From: Chlorokybus atmophyticus | Lineage: Eukaryota; Plantae; Mesostigma and Chlorokybus algae | Direction of reading: 5' to 3' | DNA: 64,000 nucleotides | Assembly (NCBI GenBank): GCA_009103225.1 | Contig: RHPI01003124.1 | Location: forward strand, 1 to 64,000 | Shown here: positions 18,101-30,450 of the stretch, in pieces | How the letters are laid out: every line of letters starts with the position of its first letter | Position numbering within the stretch: position 1 is the first letter of the stretch | Program-made: the position numbers and the translations under genes | The notes under the pieces: model-generated | What the model was told of the DNA's origin: nothing | The model's input: only the letters and a program-made list of their open reading frames with translations | Database searches by the model: none

Positions 18101-21080
18101 CACAAGTGCTGCTGCCCCGCACTTGGGAGCAGCAGCAGCGTTGATGTTGTCGGTGTCACCCAATCTGACGGTGTGTTGCGTGTGATGGTGAAACGCCCGC
18201 ATGCACATGTGTGTGCGCGTCTCCTTTAGCAGATACACATGGACAGCTGCAATGTCTGAATACCAGAGCCTCTGCAGGCTGCTGACATTTATGGAGCTCT
18301 GCGAAGCGAAGGCATTGATATGGGTCCTCCAGGTCCTGACTTCCAAACCGGGTATGGTTTGAGTGACGCGGCCCAGGCTCTCCGTAGCGGTAAGACTTTT
18401 CTGGAACATAGCAAATGCATGGCTATTGCGCAGTACACTGAAACCAAATGCACATCTTGTGAATGCTGCATTGATTGCATGCTGATCTGGTTCACATGCA
18501 TGCAGCCAATGACAACGACTCTGATGGCGTTCCCACCTCCAGCGACCAATGCCCAAAAACACCTGTAGGCGAGGTACTGTGGCATGTAATTTTAGCACTG
18601 CTAGACAGATTGTATATGCAGATGGCTTTCCAATGTATGAATGACAATAACTATTGCCCATGATGACTACATGCGAATGCAAGCGCTCATTGAGATGCTC
18701 ACACTCACTCTGTGCCCAGGTTGTGGATGCCACAGGTTGTTCTGTCACTCAACTCTGCCCATGCTTCGGCCCCAAGGGCAGCTCCAGCCCTTGGCTAAAC
18801 ACAGCCGCGTATATCTGTTGCGTGAAGTCCGCCATTGTCGATTTTGTTGTAGCCGGAGTATTTAATGCGACAGATGCAAAGGAGTATAGAGCATTTGCAG
18901 AAGAGCTGCAATGCCGGAGTGGGCGCAGACGCCTGCTTTCAGAAAGCACAATGCCACGCCGTCGCCACCTTTTGGCCCAAGAGGTATAGGGCCATTATCG
19001 AGTGTGCAATGACAGTGCATCGCGCAGACTTGCAGTCACCAACCAAACAATGTTGATTTGTGATCGCAGACATGTGGCAATGCTCAGCCAATCTGTCCTC
19101 CTATACCTGATGGGTACATGGTGCTGTACGGTATCCTCACAATCAATCTCACGGACCCGTTCCAGGATCTGCTCCCACCAGTTGTCAACGACCAGCTGAC
19201 CAGAGCGTTGAACAGTCTGATCCTCCCTAGAGTACCTAATGCCATGTAAGCATTGCTATGTGGTATCTGCAACACTTCATTTGTTCATTCCTCCAGAAAA
19301 CCTGCATGCTGAGTAACATTCACATAGACTTACCCCGTAGTGTTTTGAGGCAAACTTGCTGTGCATAAGCACATTTGCAGCACAGGGATCAACAGCACCA
19401 TCATGGTATCGCTGACTCCTGTGCTGATCGCATGTCCTCTACAGCTGTCGAGCCACAGCTAACTATGCAATCCGGCGCTCTGGTGCACCACTCACAGCGA
19501 AGTACTTTATCATTGTGCCTAAACTTACAGGTACTAATTGCCTGGAGTTTCGCCACTTGCTACAGAGTGCCATTGCAATAGTGTTGACAGATTGTGACTT
19601 GATGTGGTTGCTGCAGAGAGCCCCGTGGTGCAGCAAACTATCATTGAGGCCAATGCAACTACTGACGGACAGCGCTCCCAGCTCACCTCAGCAGTCAATG
19701 CTGCAGGTAACATGAGAATGGCTTTGTGCACGACTCGCAGGTCAACTGCATGTTCAATGCAATTTTGCGCCCTTTGCTCTCCTGTTTGCACTTCCATTTC
19801 GCTGTGGTGGGTGGCCTTTCAGCTGGTATAATGCAGCCAGCTGACACTGGCAGGCTTGAGTGTGGTGAGTGTGACGTCAACGCTGCCCGTCCCCAGACCT
19901 AGTCTTGCAGTTCCTGCCATCACCCAGCCAATCACGCCGGTGAGATACAGCACAGCAACCCAAGTCCAATATCTGTGATGGTTCTGTTGCGTACTTGCAG
20001 TTTTGTAAGAGTTCTCTTGTATTTGACAACTGACTGTGTACACATCTCACTTCCCTTCTGCCATAGGCAATATGGTCACCCCTGCTCAACACCCTTCCAG
20101 TAGCGGAGTTTGCGTTCAGCGCAGCCCAGTGCGGCTCGAACCTCTTGATAGGTGGCGGGAATGGCAACAACGCACAGCAGGCATTCCGACTGAACTTGGA
20201 GACTGGTGATGCCTTTGCACAGCCGCCGGCTCCAAGCCCGGTCAGGTCTGGAACTGCGACAGCCATCACAACCGGCGGCAGCTGCTACTTTGTGCAAAGC
20301 GGGGGGCTGGCAGCCCCGAGCACAGTCGTCCAGATCTTGAAGAACGACGACAACAACCCTGGGTGGCTTGCGGATGTTCCTCCCATGAACATTGCCCGCC
20401 GAGGGCATGCATTGTAAGTGCCTAGTGACCTCAACATACTCGAGTAGCTGCAGATTGCATACATGCGTAATTATGTTGATACCAATCGTCACCTTGCGAC
20501 TTACAGGTACACAGTGGGTTCACGGATTTGCGCATTGGGTCCCTATCGCTTGAGCAGGAAGGTGGAATGCTTGGACTTCAACAACCGTGCGGCGGGCTGG
20601 CAGGTTCTGCCGCGAACGTCGGACACTGTCATCGTGGACTTCGACAGCATGTACGTGCAGATCGGGACGGATTTATGGTGCTTCCCCCCGGACCGCACCA
20701 AGCGCCGGGACATCTCTATGGACGTGATGCCGGCCAGGGGCAGCAAGCAGCCTGCAACCAAGGAATACAGATACGATGCCGTCATGCGGTTTCCCCGGCG
20801 CAAAGCCGCGGTGGCTGCTGTGCTTACGCGTGCTGGCCCTCAGGTGTGGGTTGCTGGCGGAATACTTACCTCTACCGGGGCCATCAGCAACGTCGTTGAG
20901 TTGTTCCACCCGTACTGCGACCCCCAGCTTGGTTGCTACTTTTGGACAACCCAGAAGCCTCTCAACACCGCGCGATCCAGCTTCGGTCTGGGCGTGCTCA
21001 ACCAGTCTGTCATTTTTGCTCTAGGCGGGTTGACCGACACCCGTGTCACAAACGACGAGGAGGCGTTCCTGATCGAATAG
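15102..21080 (+). CDS. Multi-exon bacterial-type subtilase (S8/S53-like) with TSP3-like repeat, Cys-rich domain, RRRLL linker and probable C-terminal Kelch propeller
   Basis: Exons give GTGAKIAIISD (Asp 16078), DEGRAMLQ (16295), DVAPGA, IIVDD..EPFFMDG..AQAVD, SAAGND, GHPNSLGAIAVGA, KPDVIGP, NFIGTSAAAPH (Ser ~18105), DMGPPGPDFQTGYGL; then NDNDSDGVPTSSDQCPKTPVGE|VVDATGCSVTQLCPC; then Kelch motifs (LLIGGG, PPMNIARRGH, VWVAGG, PLNTARSSF, IFALGG); stop 21078-21080. 5' start and exon phases between ~19250 and ~20070 are not resolved. Confidence 0.85.
15421..15705 (+). repeat. 75-bp direct duplication: exonic copy 15421-15495, second copy 15631-15705 inside the next predicted intron
   Basis: Two near-identical copies (2 mismatches) 210 bp apart. 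Confidence 0.9.
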
Positions 21081-21704
21081 AGCCCCCTGCAGACCAAGTC
21101 CCATGTGAGCGTGATGTCAGCAATGAGTGCTCCTACCCTAGGGTTTTGCCTAAATATAAAGGGGTGTCGTACAACTGCTGCGCCTGAAACAACAGCAATG
21201 CTCCAAGTTGCCATATTATGAGAGTTGGGTGTGTGAAGTGGTTTACCCCGAGCCTAGCAATTTAGTTAGTTCATAGGAACGACTTGGTATAGTACTGTAT
21301 GTATGCATGCAGATACAATGATCAATAAATGAGATCGGTTCACGAGATGAAAGCATAACATCGAAGTATGTGATACTGGCTGCGTACGGCGGGGCAATGC
21401 AACTGCGAGGCTTTTGTTGCTGTAGCGGAGTACATGCTAAGGTTTGGAAATCAGAGGGAAGGGAGTTGCAGGCGCAGGCGAGGTGATTATGTAGAATAGT
21501 GGGTTGTAGTTGTGGTGTTGAGCCACACCCCCAGCAAAATGCGTACATGACCGTTGCCCGCAAGCCTTTTTACTTATTGTGCCTACCAAATTTAACTATG
21601 TGACACACTGTTCTGTTCCGCCTCGCTGCTGGGGTGCTCTGCAACTTGCCTTTGTGCATAAGCCCCCAACCCTATGTTTGTTAGGGGGCTTGTAAGAGAC
21701 CCCC

Positions 21705-21857
<153 letters not shown>

Positions 21858-21957
21858 GGGGGGAGGGCTTGTACATGATAACCCGGTGCTCTGCAGGTGC
21901 TTTCCTTGCTGCTTGCTACCCCTTCCCTCTACCTACACTCCTTCCCCGGTCTAGCTA

Positions 21958-22281
21958 GTGCACTTAGCTATATACCCCGTCGCCGACACATTTCATCCCC
22001 TCGCCGCCGAGACGCACGGCACCCTGGGCCAGAGTTTTCACGACGTCATCGGCACATGCGCTAGGAGGGCCCTGGCTGCACGTGACCTGCCATTGCGCAG
22101 GCTATCGGGCTACTTGGCTCTGTACCGGCAGCGCGTGTCTTGCGCGCTGCAGCGCGCCCAGGGCATCACCATCCTGGAGCGGGGGGCGGCAGTCGTTGCG
22201 GCAGTACCAGGCTGGGGCCCGGTCCAGACGGCGGCGCCAACGGCGGAAGCGGACGCTGTGCTGGCAGCTGCGGCAGTGTAG
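21958..22281 (+). mobile_element. 3' fragment of an RLE-type (CRE-like) non-LTR retrotransposon
   Basis: FHPLAAETHGTLG...YRQRVSCALQRAQGITIL matches the recalled restriction-like endonuclease tail (F.PL..ET.G..G ... S.ALQR.NA..I) of CRE-clade LINEs; 5' part lost at the poly-G. Confidence 0.7.
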
Positions 22282-24088
22282 TTATGTAGGCGTGCTTGCA
22301 TGCCGCTGGCATGCGTGTGAGTATGCTTGTGCAATGATAGGCAGGGTTGACAGTACGTAGCTTGGTGTGACGATGTCGCTGTTAGTGTATGAGAGTATAT
22401 AGCCTAGTGGGGCCCCCCGTTGTTTTTGCCTTGCTTGTGCTGTATTGTCAAGCTTTGCTGTGTTGTGCTTGCTTGCTTGACTGATTGGCCCCAGTCCATC
22501 TGTTGTGTACTATGACTATATACGGTATATGTAAGAAGCTAGACTTTGTAATTATGCCATGTGGGAAGGGGGCTTGCACTGAAGCAGAGTGAAGCACACA
22601 TGGTGGTGCAAAGTGGCTGCAGTGTTGGTAAAGTTGCCTAGATATTGTACAACGAATGTAATGCGGTGTGAGTGACATGCAGGAACCCTCATGCACTCGG
22701 GGCAAGGCACCTGAGTGTGCACCAACAGTGACCTCAATCATGACCATCGGGCTAGGACTCTTAAGCTAAGCTACCTACTTTACTACCCCTGACCCTAATG
22801 CTGCCTCTACTGCCCACCCTACGCTATGCGCATGCACTTTTTCATGCGCTGTAATAACACGTCGCTGCAGCAAATGACACGTGCTCGACCCTCTCTCCCT
22901 CTCTCTTACAGGATGCAAACGGTTCACATATGCAGTCTGTCACCATACCTACCACACACATGCATCACTTGCATGACAGGGTGTACATAGGGTTGTGTGT
23001 GTTTTGTGTTTGGGTGGACATGGTGGCAGCACTGACAGCGGACGCTCACATGTCAATGATAATAGAGATTACCTTGCATTTTCCGTACACCTACCAACAC
23101 AACCGCACAGCCATTGCAACAGCACACATGCTAGTTAGACCCATCCTAGCTTGTAACATGAGCAACCAGCATAAGGCTGGGCACCTGTACGGTAGATGCT
23201 GGTCCCTGTGCACATTAGCGATATTGCTACCACTGCTGCACACAGGAGTCCTGTGCAGCAGTGGTAGCAACGTTAGTTGGTACAAAGTATGCAATGCCGT
23301 GCATGTGACCATTCCGCATTACGACACATGCAACCGCAATCCACATACCACAATCCCCCCAACGCAGTTATCAACCACCGGGCTACACACAGTCACTAGC
23401 TATCCAGCCACTACTGCCCTGACCACCTTTGGACCAGCATGCATGCATGTTCAATCACCTGCACACAACCGCCGCATCTGCGTTCAGCCACATCGGCCAA
23501 GACAACCAGCTGACTCCCCTCGCCGCCGCTCCCAACCCCGGACCACCAAATGCCGCTGTCGTCACAAACCATGGGGGCTGCGCTTGAAGGTTTGGTCAGC
23601 TACCGTACCACATGCACACATGCTGACTGCCTGCACTCCCTGCGGCTGCGGCCTTGTGCATATCTCGCATTATAAAGTTGTACAATGTACAGCAGTGACA
23701 AGCGACTAGGGCCTGCATGCGCGCAGCAGACACAAGGTGGTGGCATTTGAACCTTCAATACATCAGACAACAAATCTCTAGCAAGGTTTATTGGTTGCCA
23801 GCCTAGTCAGTCGCTGACTAATTGCTGCGCTTGCTTTGGGCCTAGCTGGGTTCGCGGATGATAGACTGCTACCAGCAATCTTCTCAACCATGCCTTTCAT
23901 AGCGCCCGATATGTCCGTAGGTAACAATCCTGCAAGTTCCAGCAGTTCAGGCAGTCTTTTGCAAATGTAATCAGAATGCAGATGTGTAGCTCGTGGAAAC
24001 ATGCGATATCCACAAGAGAGCCAACCTGCACAGCGCTGCACACTGCAAACTGGGCCACTGCCACCCATCTCACCAACTGCCAGCTGTG

Positions 24089-27000
24089 TCATCGCAGAGC
24101 AGGCTCGGCCGATTCAGCACTGCTACTAGCTTCCATCTGGCGCAGCTGCTCGATGCGCCTTCTGATAATGTCCAACCTCTCCTGCGCCTCAGCAGCCTGC
24201 TCGCGCGCGCCCTGAACAACGGCAGCTGGAGCCTTCTCCACAAACTGCACGCATGCCGCCATCACCATCAGCAATGGGCAGCTCATAAGTGCATACAATA
24301 GAACTGTGCATGAGCATAAACATCCTAGACATTCAGGACTTGGTGCGGAGAGAAAAGCAAATGAAAACATTCAAATTTTGCAAAACTACATCAGATCCTC
24401 AAGCTGGACCTTGGGAGAAGACAGCCGCTGTTGTATTTGGCCGACGTCAGCCTCCAGCTTTGTGGCCTGCTTTGTCAACCTCTGCAGCTCCTTTGCAATG
24501 TCCAGCAACCCAGCCAACGGAATCCAAGCCTCCAGACCCTGCGCAGTCCAATGAGACTGTTGGGCGCCCTTGAGCTACACGCATGACACGACCCACAGAC
24601 GAGTGGACACACTTAGCCGCCGCATCATATAATCATATGTATACCTCGCGCACAACCAGCTGCACGGAGTTCTCAGTGTCCACTCCTGATGCACTTGACG
24701 AGATCATGAATCTGTCGCTGTCCAACTTTGCAAGCGTGGCAATGACTGCGGCCTCAGCCTGCGAAGGCAACGCATCAAGTTCATGAAATACAGAGCGTTT
24801 CAAGTTTAAGAATGGCATCAGTCAAATTTTCAACAGCCCACAACGCACCTGCAGATCTTGCATCAGGTCGCTCGAGGACACCACAAGAGTTGCTGGGACC
24901 TTCTTCACGGGCTCAACGCCGTACTCTGCTCGCAGATTGCGCAAAGATCGAACCTGCAAGCACACGCTTTGTCAGTACCATCTGCTGATGCGTTGGTATG
25001 GCATGAAACAATACACTTGTCTCCTCACCAGATCTTGCAGTGTTGTGAACCTCTCGACAGCAGGCGTGTCCTGAGGCAGGTTGGCAGCGGGCCACTGCGC
25101 AATGATCAGTGCCTGGCCGGTGTGCGGGAGGGCCTGCCACAGCTCCTCCGTGACGAAGGGCATGAAGGGGTGGAGAAGCTTCAACATGGTGACCATGCAG
25201 TACACGAGGACTGCCCGGGTGCGCGGAGCTGCAGAAGGATCTGGGTTTTTATACAACCTTGTCTTGCTTGCCTCAATATACCTGTGTGTACCTTAGTTAG
25301 TACAAACACATGCACCTTGATGTTCATTTCATAGCAACTGACATAACTTCTTGACTCAGTAATCACACACTGGGTCATACCAGTCGGCGAACTCGCTCCA
25401 GAAGAAGTCATAAATGACGCGGCCGGCCTCATTGAAATCATACTTGTCGAGGCTGCGCGTGACAGCTGTCGCTACCTCGTGCAGCTTGCTAACCTACAAG
25501 AGCAAACCACCTGTCAAAGCCAACGTCCCAACTTGAAACCCCTTCCCACAAAACATCAAGCGCTAGACACCTACCACCCAGCGCTCTGCCAGCGGTAAAG
25601 CTTGCAGCTCTTCATCAGTGGTAAAGCTAGCGTGCGAAAGGGTTTTGAGCTCATCTTCGGTGACATCCGTCAAGTTGAACAAAATGAAGCGGCCGGCATT
25701 CCAGATCTTGTTGGTGAAGTTGCGGTTGGCTTCAATGCGCTCAACAGCCAGGTTCACGTCCTGAACAAAACAGTTTCATTCATTGCATGCTCGCTGTATG
25801 CAATGCAACCTGCGTAGCGTGCTTTGCGAAACACTTACTTGTCCAGGTGCAGTACCGGTTGCCAGCGTGAAGCGCAAAGCATCAGCGCCGTATTGGTCGA
25901 TGGTGTCAAGAGGATCAATTACATTACCAAGCGACTTAGACATCTTCCGCCCCTGAAGAAGTCAGCACTTGCATCAGTATTGCGGTAAATCAACTTTTGC
26001 ATCAAGTGCGAACTATAACACAAATGTACCTGTGCATCGCGAACAAGGCCATGCAAATACACAGTGTGGAATGGAGTCTCTCCAGTGAACTCAAGACCCA
26101 TCATGATCATGCGTGCGACCCAGAAGAACAGAATGTCATGACCAGTCTCGAGCACTGAAGTCGGGTAGAATTTGCTGAAGTCTGCTGTCCTGTCCGGCCA
26201 GCCCAATGTGCTGAATGGCCACAGACCACTGCACAAACGGATGGTATTGTATTAGTTCCACTGAACTGCTAACAACCCCGGATTTTGTGCAACATGGCTT
26301 GATTTCCATTGTAACACACCTTGAAAACCATGTGTCCAACACGTCGTCCTCTTGCCGGAGAACAACGCCTTCCCCATACATGTCACGAGCTTTGCTTTGA
26401 GCCTCCTCTTCATTGCGTGCAACAATGTAAGCGCCGGCAGGCACGTTGTCACCAGATGCATACCAGGCGGGGATGCGGTGACCCCACCAAAGCTGCCGAC
26501 TGACACACCAGTCCTTGATGTTCTCCAACCAGTACTTATAAACCTGTGCGGGTTGCGGGGATCACACAATGCGGTATGTTGCAAGGTGTACCACACACTT
26601 AAGTATGCAGTAAGCATGGGAACCTTCTCAAAGCGGTCTGGCACTACGCGCAACGACCCGTTGTGCACAGCTTCAAGCGCAGGCGTGGCCAAAGGTTCCA
26701 TCTTTACAAACCATTGCTCGCTGACAAGGGGCTCGACCACCTGCAACTCCATGTGTGCATGTGCATGCGGCGTGCTGACTCTCAGCTACAGCCAGCATGG
26801 TAACCCACCTCACCTCCTCGCTGCGAGCGAGGCACACGCAGAGTATGTGGCTGAAGTTGTATGGTCATACCCGCTGCTTCCATGTCCGCCCACAGCTTCT
26901 TTCGCACATCAGCTCTGTCCATACCTAAGACAGACGCGCCACAGTTGAATCGCTAACACACGGCGCAATGTGTGCATGGCGTTGTCTTACCAGCATAAGG

Positions 27001-30000
27001 ACCGCCAACCTCGTTTAATGTGCCATCCTTGTTCATGATGTTAACGATGGGCAGGCCCCTCCTCTTGCCAATCTCATAATCGTTGGGATCATGGCCTGGC
27101 GTAATCTTCAAAGCGCCAGTCCCGAGTTCTCGCTCAACGTACTACAATGCATGTCAATACTCAAGCCCAATTAGAGCACATACACACATGTGCATGCCAC
27201 CCATCTCAGTGTACAGTCTTTACCTCATCTGCGATAACAGGAATTTCCCTGCCACTGAACGGCACAACCACTTTCTTGCCAACAAACTGCTTGTAGCGGT
27301 CATCTTCTGGGTGCACAGCCACAGCTGTATCGCCTAAGACGGTCTCTGGTCTTGTTGTGGCAACTGGGAGATACTCACTGCCAGAAAGAACAATGTCACG
27401 TTATTGATGCTGACACAAGACACAAAACTTGGGTGGTTCCCCAGTCCAGCACACACTGCGGCCTTGCATGGGTACAGAACTTACCCATCGGAGCCTGCCA
27501 GCATGTACTTGAAGAAGTACATGGAGCCTTGCTCTTCAGTGTACTCTACCTCCTGAGCTTGAAATAAATGATGAATTTCAGCCACTACACACAACACCAG
27601 CAGCTACAGCTGTGGTACGCGCTCCTGCAATGCATTGGCAATATGCACACTTACCAAGTCTGAAACAGCTGTTTGCAGGTTTGGGGACCAATTCACCATG
27701 TAGCTGCCTGAGCACATGTGTTGCTCAGTGCAAAATAAGCTGAAGCAATATCGAGGACAACATGAGTAAGCTGTGCACCTTTGTACACTAGCCCTTTGTC
27801 ATGAAGGCGGACAAAGGCCTCAGCAACAGCACCTGCATGGATGGCGTTAGGTCAGTTTGCCTGATTATTACCTGTTGTTTCTGTGCACCCTTCAAGACAT
27901 CAACATGTATGCGCACGCGCGCGCACACATGTGTGATATGCACGTATGAGAGCGTACACATAGAATTGCCCTGACCAGAAACCCCCCCCCCTCCTTCCCC
28001 GNNNNNNNNNNNNNNNNNNNNNNNNNNNNNNNNNNNNNNNNNNNNNNNNNNNNNNNNNNNNNNNNNNNNNNNNNNNNNNNNNNNNNNNNNNNNNNNNNNN
28101 NNNNNNNNNNNNNNNNNNNNNNNNNNNNNNNNNNNNNNNNNNNNNNNNNNNNNNNNNNNNNNNNNNNNNNNNNNNNNNNNNNNNNNNNNNNNNNNNNNNN
28201 NNNNNNNNNNNNNNNNNNNNNNNNNNNNNNNNNNNNNNNNNNNNNNNNNNNNNNNNNNNNNNNNNNNNNNNNNNNNNNNNNNNNNNNNNNNNNNNNNNNN
28301 NNNNNNNNNNNNNNNNNNNNNNNNNNNNNNNNNNNNNNNNNNNNNNNNNNNNNNNNNNNNNNNNNNNNNNNNNNNNNNNNNNNNNNNNNNNNNNNNNNNN
28401 NNNNNNNNNNNNNNNNNNNNNNNNNNNNNNNNNNNNNNNNNNNNNNNNNNNNNNNNNNNNNNNNNNNNNNNNNNNNNNNNNNNNNNNNNNNNNNNNNNNN
28501 NNNNNNNNNNNNNNNNNNNNNNNNNNNNNNNNNNNNNNNNNNNNNNNNNNNNNNNNNNNNNNNNNNNNNNNNNNNNNNNNNNNNNNNNNNNNNNNNNNNN
28601 NNNNNNNNNNNNNNNNNNCCCCCCCCCCTCCTGAGTACAGGGTATGTGAATGAGAAACTAGCATATACGCTCGCACCCATGCACCCACACATGTGTGTAC
28701 ACTCGCACGTGTTTGTACATGAATGCCAGCAGTTTGCAAGTGCTTACGGCTGAGGCCTTCATCGAGGGTGAACCTCTCTCTACTCCAGTCGCATGAGGCT
28801 CCCAGCCGCCTGAGCTGCTCTACAATACGGCCACCGTACCTGTGTTTGATGTCAAGGATGACGGTTTTGGATTGTAACCAACACAGCCATCGCAGGTGTG
28901 TAGTGTGAGCTTACTGTCGTTTCCATTGCCACACGCGTTTTTCAAACTCTTCCCTCCCCAGCTCGAGCCTTGAGAGGCCCTCAGCTTTGAGCATACGCTC
29001 AACAACCAACTGTAGTAGTGCACATGCGGTCACGGGTACAGCGACACCATGAATATCCTATCCAGTGACCAACAATCCGTTTGTAGCGCTCTGACTTACT
29101 TGTGTGGCTATGCCTGCATGATCTGTTCCTGGCAACCACAAGGCGGAGTCCCCAAGCATACGGTGGTACCGCACCATAATATCCTGCATGATGCATTCAA
29201 AACTTTATGTATGTGGCTAATGCATAGCAATGGAGGTGAGCATGCTCAAGCACGGTTCACACCTCAAGTGTCACAAACATCGCATGGCCCATGTGCAGGG
29301 CGCCAGTGACGTTGGGTGGCGGCATCGGCACGGTGAAGGATCGACCCGTAGTCGACTGCTCTGTGGGCTGGAAATATCCCTGCTTGTCCCACCTGCATGG
29401 CGCACAGTACTATGAACAAACTGAGGACGTAGCTCAATGGGGCATGTAAGGAGTTTTGGACCAGCCCTCACCAACTGTACAGTCGCCCTTCGGACTCCGA
29501 CGCATCAAAGTTCTTGGGCAGCTCTGTGGGCGTGCCGGGACCGCCAGCAGCCACAGCTGGAAAGGAATGCAACTCGCCAATTGGCATATGACACACCAAC
29601 TTGTAGACCAAAAATGACAAGACATTGACTGCATGATGCACGCACTTGCATGCAGCTGGTCAGTGGTGGCAGCTGAGAATTGTCACACCTTGTTGTGAAC
29701 AAATAACTGTTACTTAGGAATTCCGGTACAACAAGCTGGATATGAGCGTGAGTGAGCTGCTACTTGCATTGCATGCTGTGGCATTTGAGTTGCTTCCCCA
29801 TGCACGATGCGTAACCTGCATGCATTCGCCACGGCTGCATGGTAAGCGCATTATGACTGACGACATTTTGTCAGCTTGTCTAGAACAAGTCGCAAACATG
29901 TTGCAGCCTGCGAGAAATGGGCAATGCACAAGACGGGATGGAGAATTTGTAAAGGCAAAACCCACCAGAAACCCTAACGCGTCCCGCGCTGGTGGCATGC

Positions 30001-30233
30001 CACCTCGACCGCCCTGACGCCTCGCCATAGCGGCGGAAGGAACGTGCAGCAAGCAGCTGCGGCGCGGCAGGCGTCGCCCCCGCCGCCGCAGCAGGACAAC
30101 CAGCGGCACCCGCCGGCCGCAGCGCTCTGCGTGCAGCAAGGCCACGTGGTGAGACCAACGACCGCCTGACTGCCAATGCGCAGCAGGCGCCGCAGCCTGA
30201 GGCCAGCGCGGCCCCGGCGGCGGAGGCTGCCAT
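24089..30233 (-). CDS. valS: Valyl-tRNA synthetase, organellar (bacterial-type) with N-terminal transit peptide; about 20 exons
   Basis: [31 protein letters not shown] (HIGH), [77 protein letters not shown] (KMSKS), [20 protein letters not shown]; Ala/Arg-rich presequence from ATG at 30233. Confidence 0.97.
28002..28618. other. Assembly gap (617 N) within a ValRS intron
   Basis: Flanking exons join in phase (DEGLS-R-AVAEAF), so no coding exon appears to be missing. Confidence 0.95.
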
Positions 30234-30450
30234 TGCCGTGAACGACGTCAAGTTGTGCGCCAGCAGGTGTGGGTGGAGTGAGCAGCGCTCACTGAGCGCC
30301 GACACTGCCACGTCGGCGTCGGAGGATGGACGGGCATTACTCACAGTTTTGTATAAGGTAAAGAGTATGCTCTTAGCGAGGGCACTGTACAGCCCCAGCA
30401 GCTACGTGCGGCAGGGCGAATTGACAGCAATATCGGTGTTGGTGGTGGAC
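30234..30450. promoter_or_regulatory. Short bidirectional promoter/5' UTR region between ValRS (-) and the CCDC174-like gene (+)
   Basis: The inferred start codons are 217 bp apart in divergent orientation. Confidence 0.6.
30355..30388 (+). mobile_element. Solo pogo-family terminal inverted repeat remnant
   Basis: AGTATGCTCTTAGCGAGGG (19 nt) is identical to the right TIR of the pogo element ending at 54680, followed by CACTG-TA versus TAGACTG-TA. Confidence 0.7.

Noticed and set aside
23778-24092. ORF downstream of ValRS as an extra exon
   Set aside because: ValRS already terminates at 24089-91, and the ORF has no recognisable homology.
27892-28739. Long ORFs across 28.0-28.6 kb
   Set aside because: They consist of N-gap translation.
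29478-29500. TA-CAGTCGCCC as the missing left pogo TIR partnering 30355-30388
   Set aside because: It lies within a conserved ValRS coding exon (ESEGRLYSW), and the match is only about 9 nt.
29969-29977. Telo-box AAACCCTAA (others at 33348 and 56685)
   Set aside because: This copy falls at the end of the predicted ValRS exon 1; the other two have no assignable gene; single motifs are not telomeric arrays.
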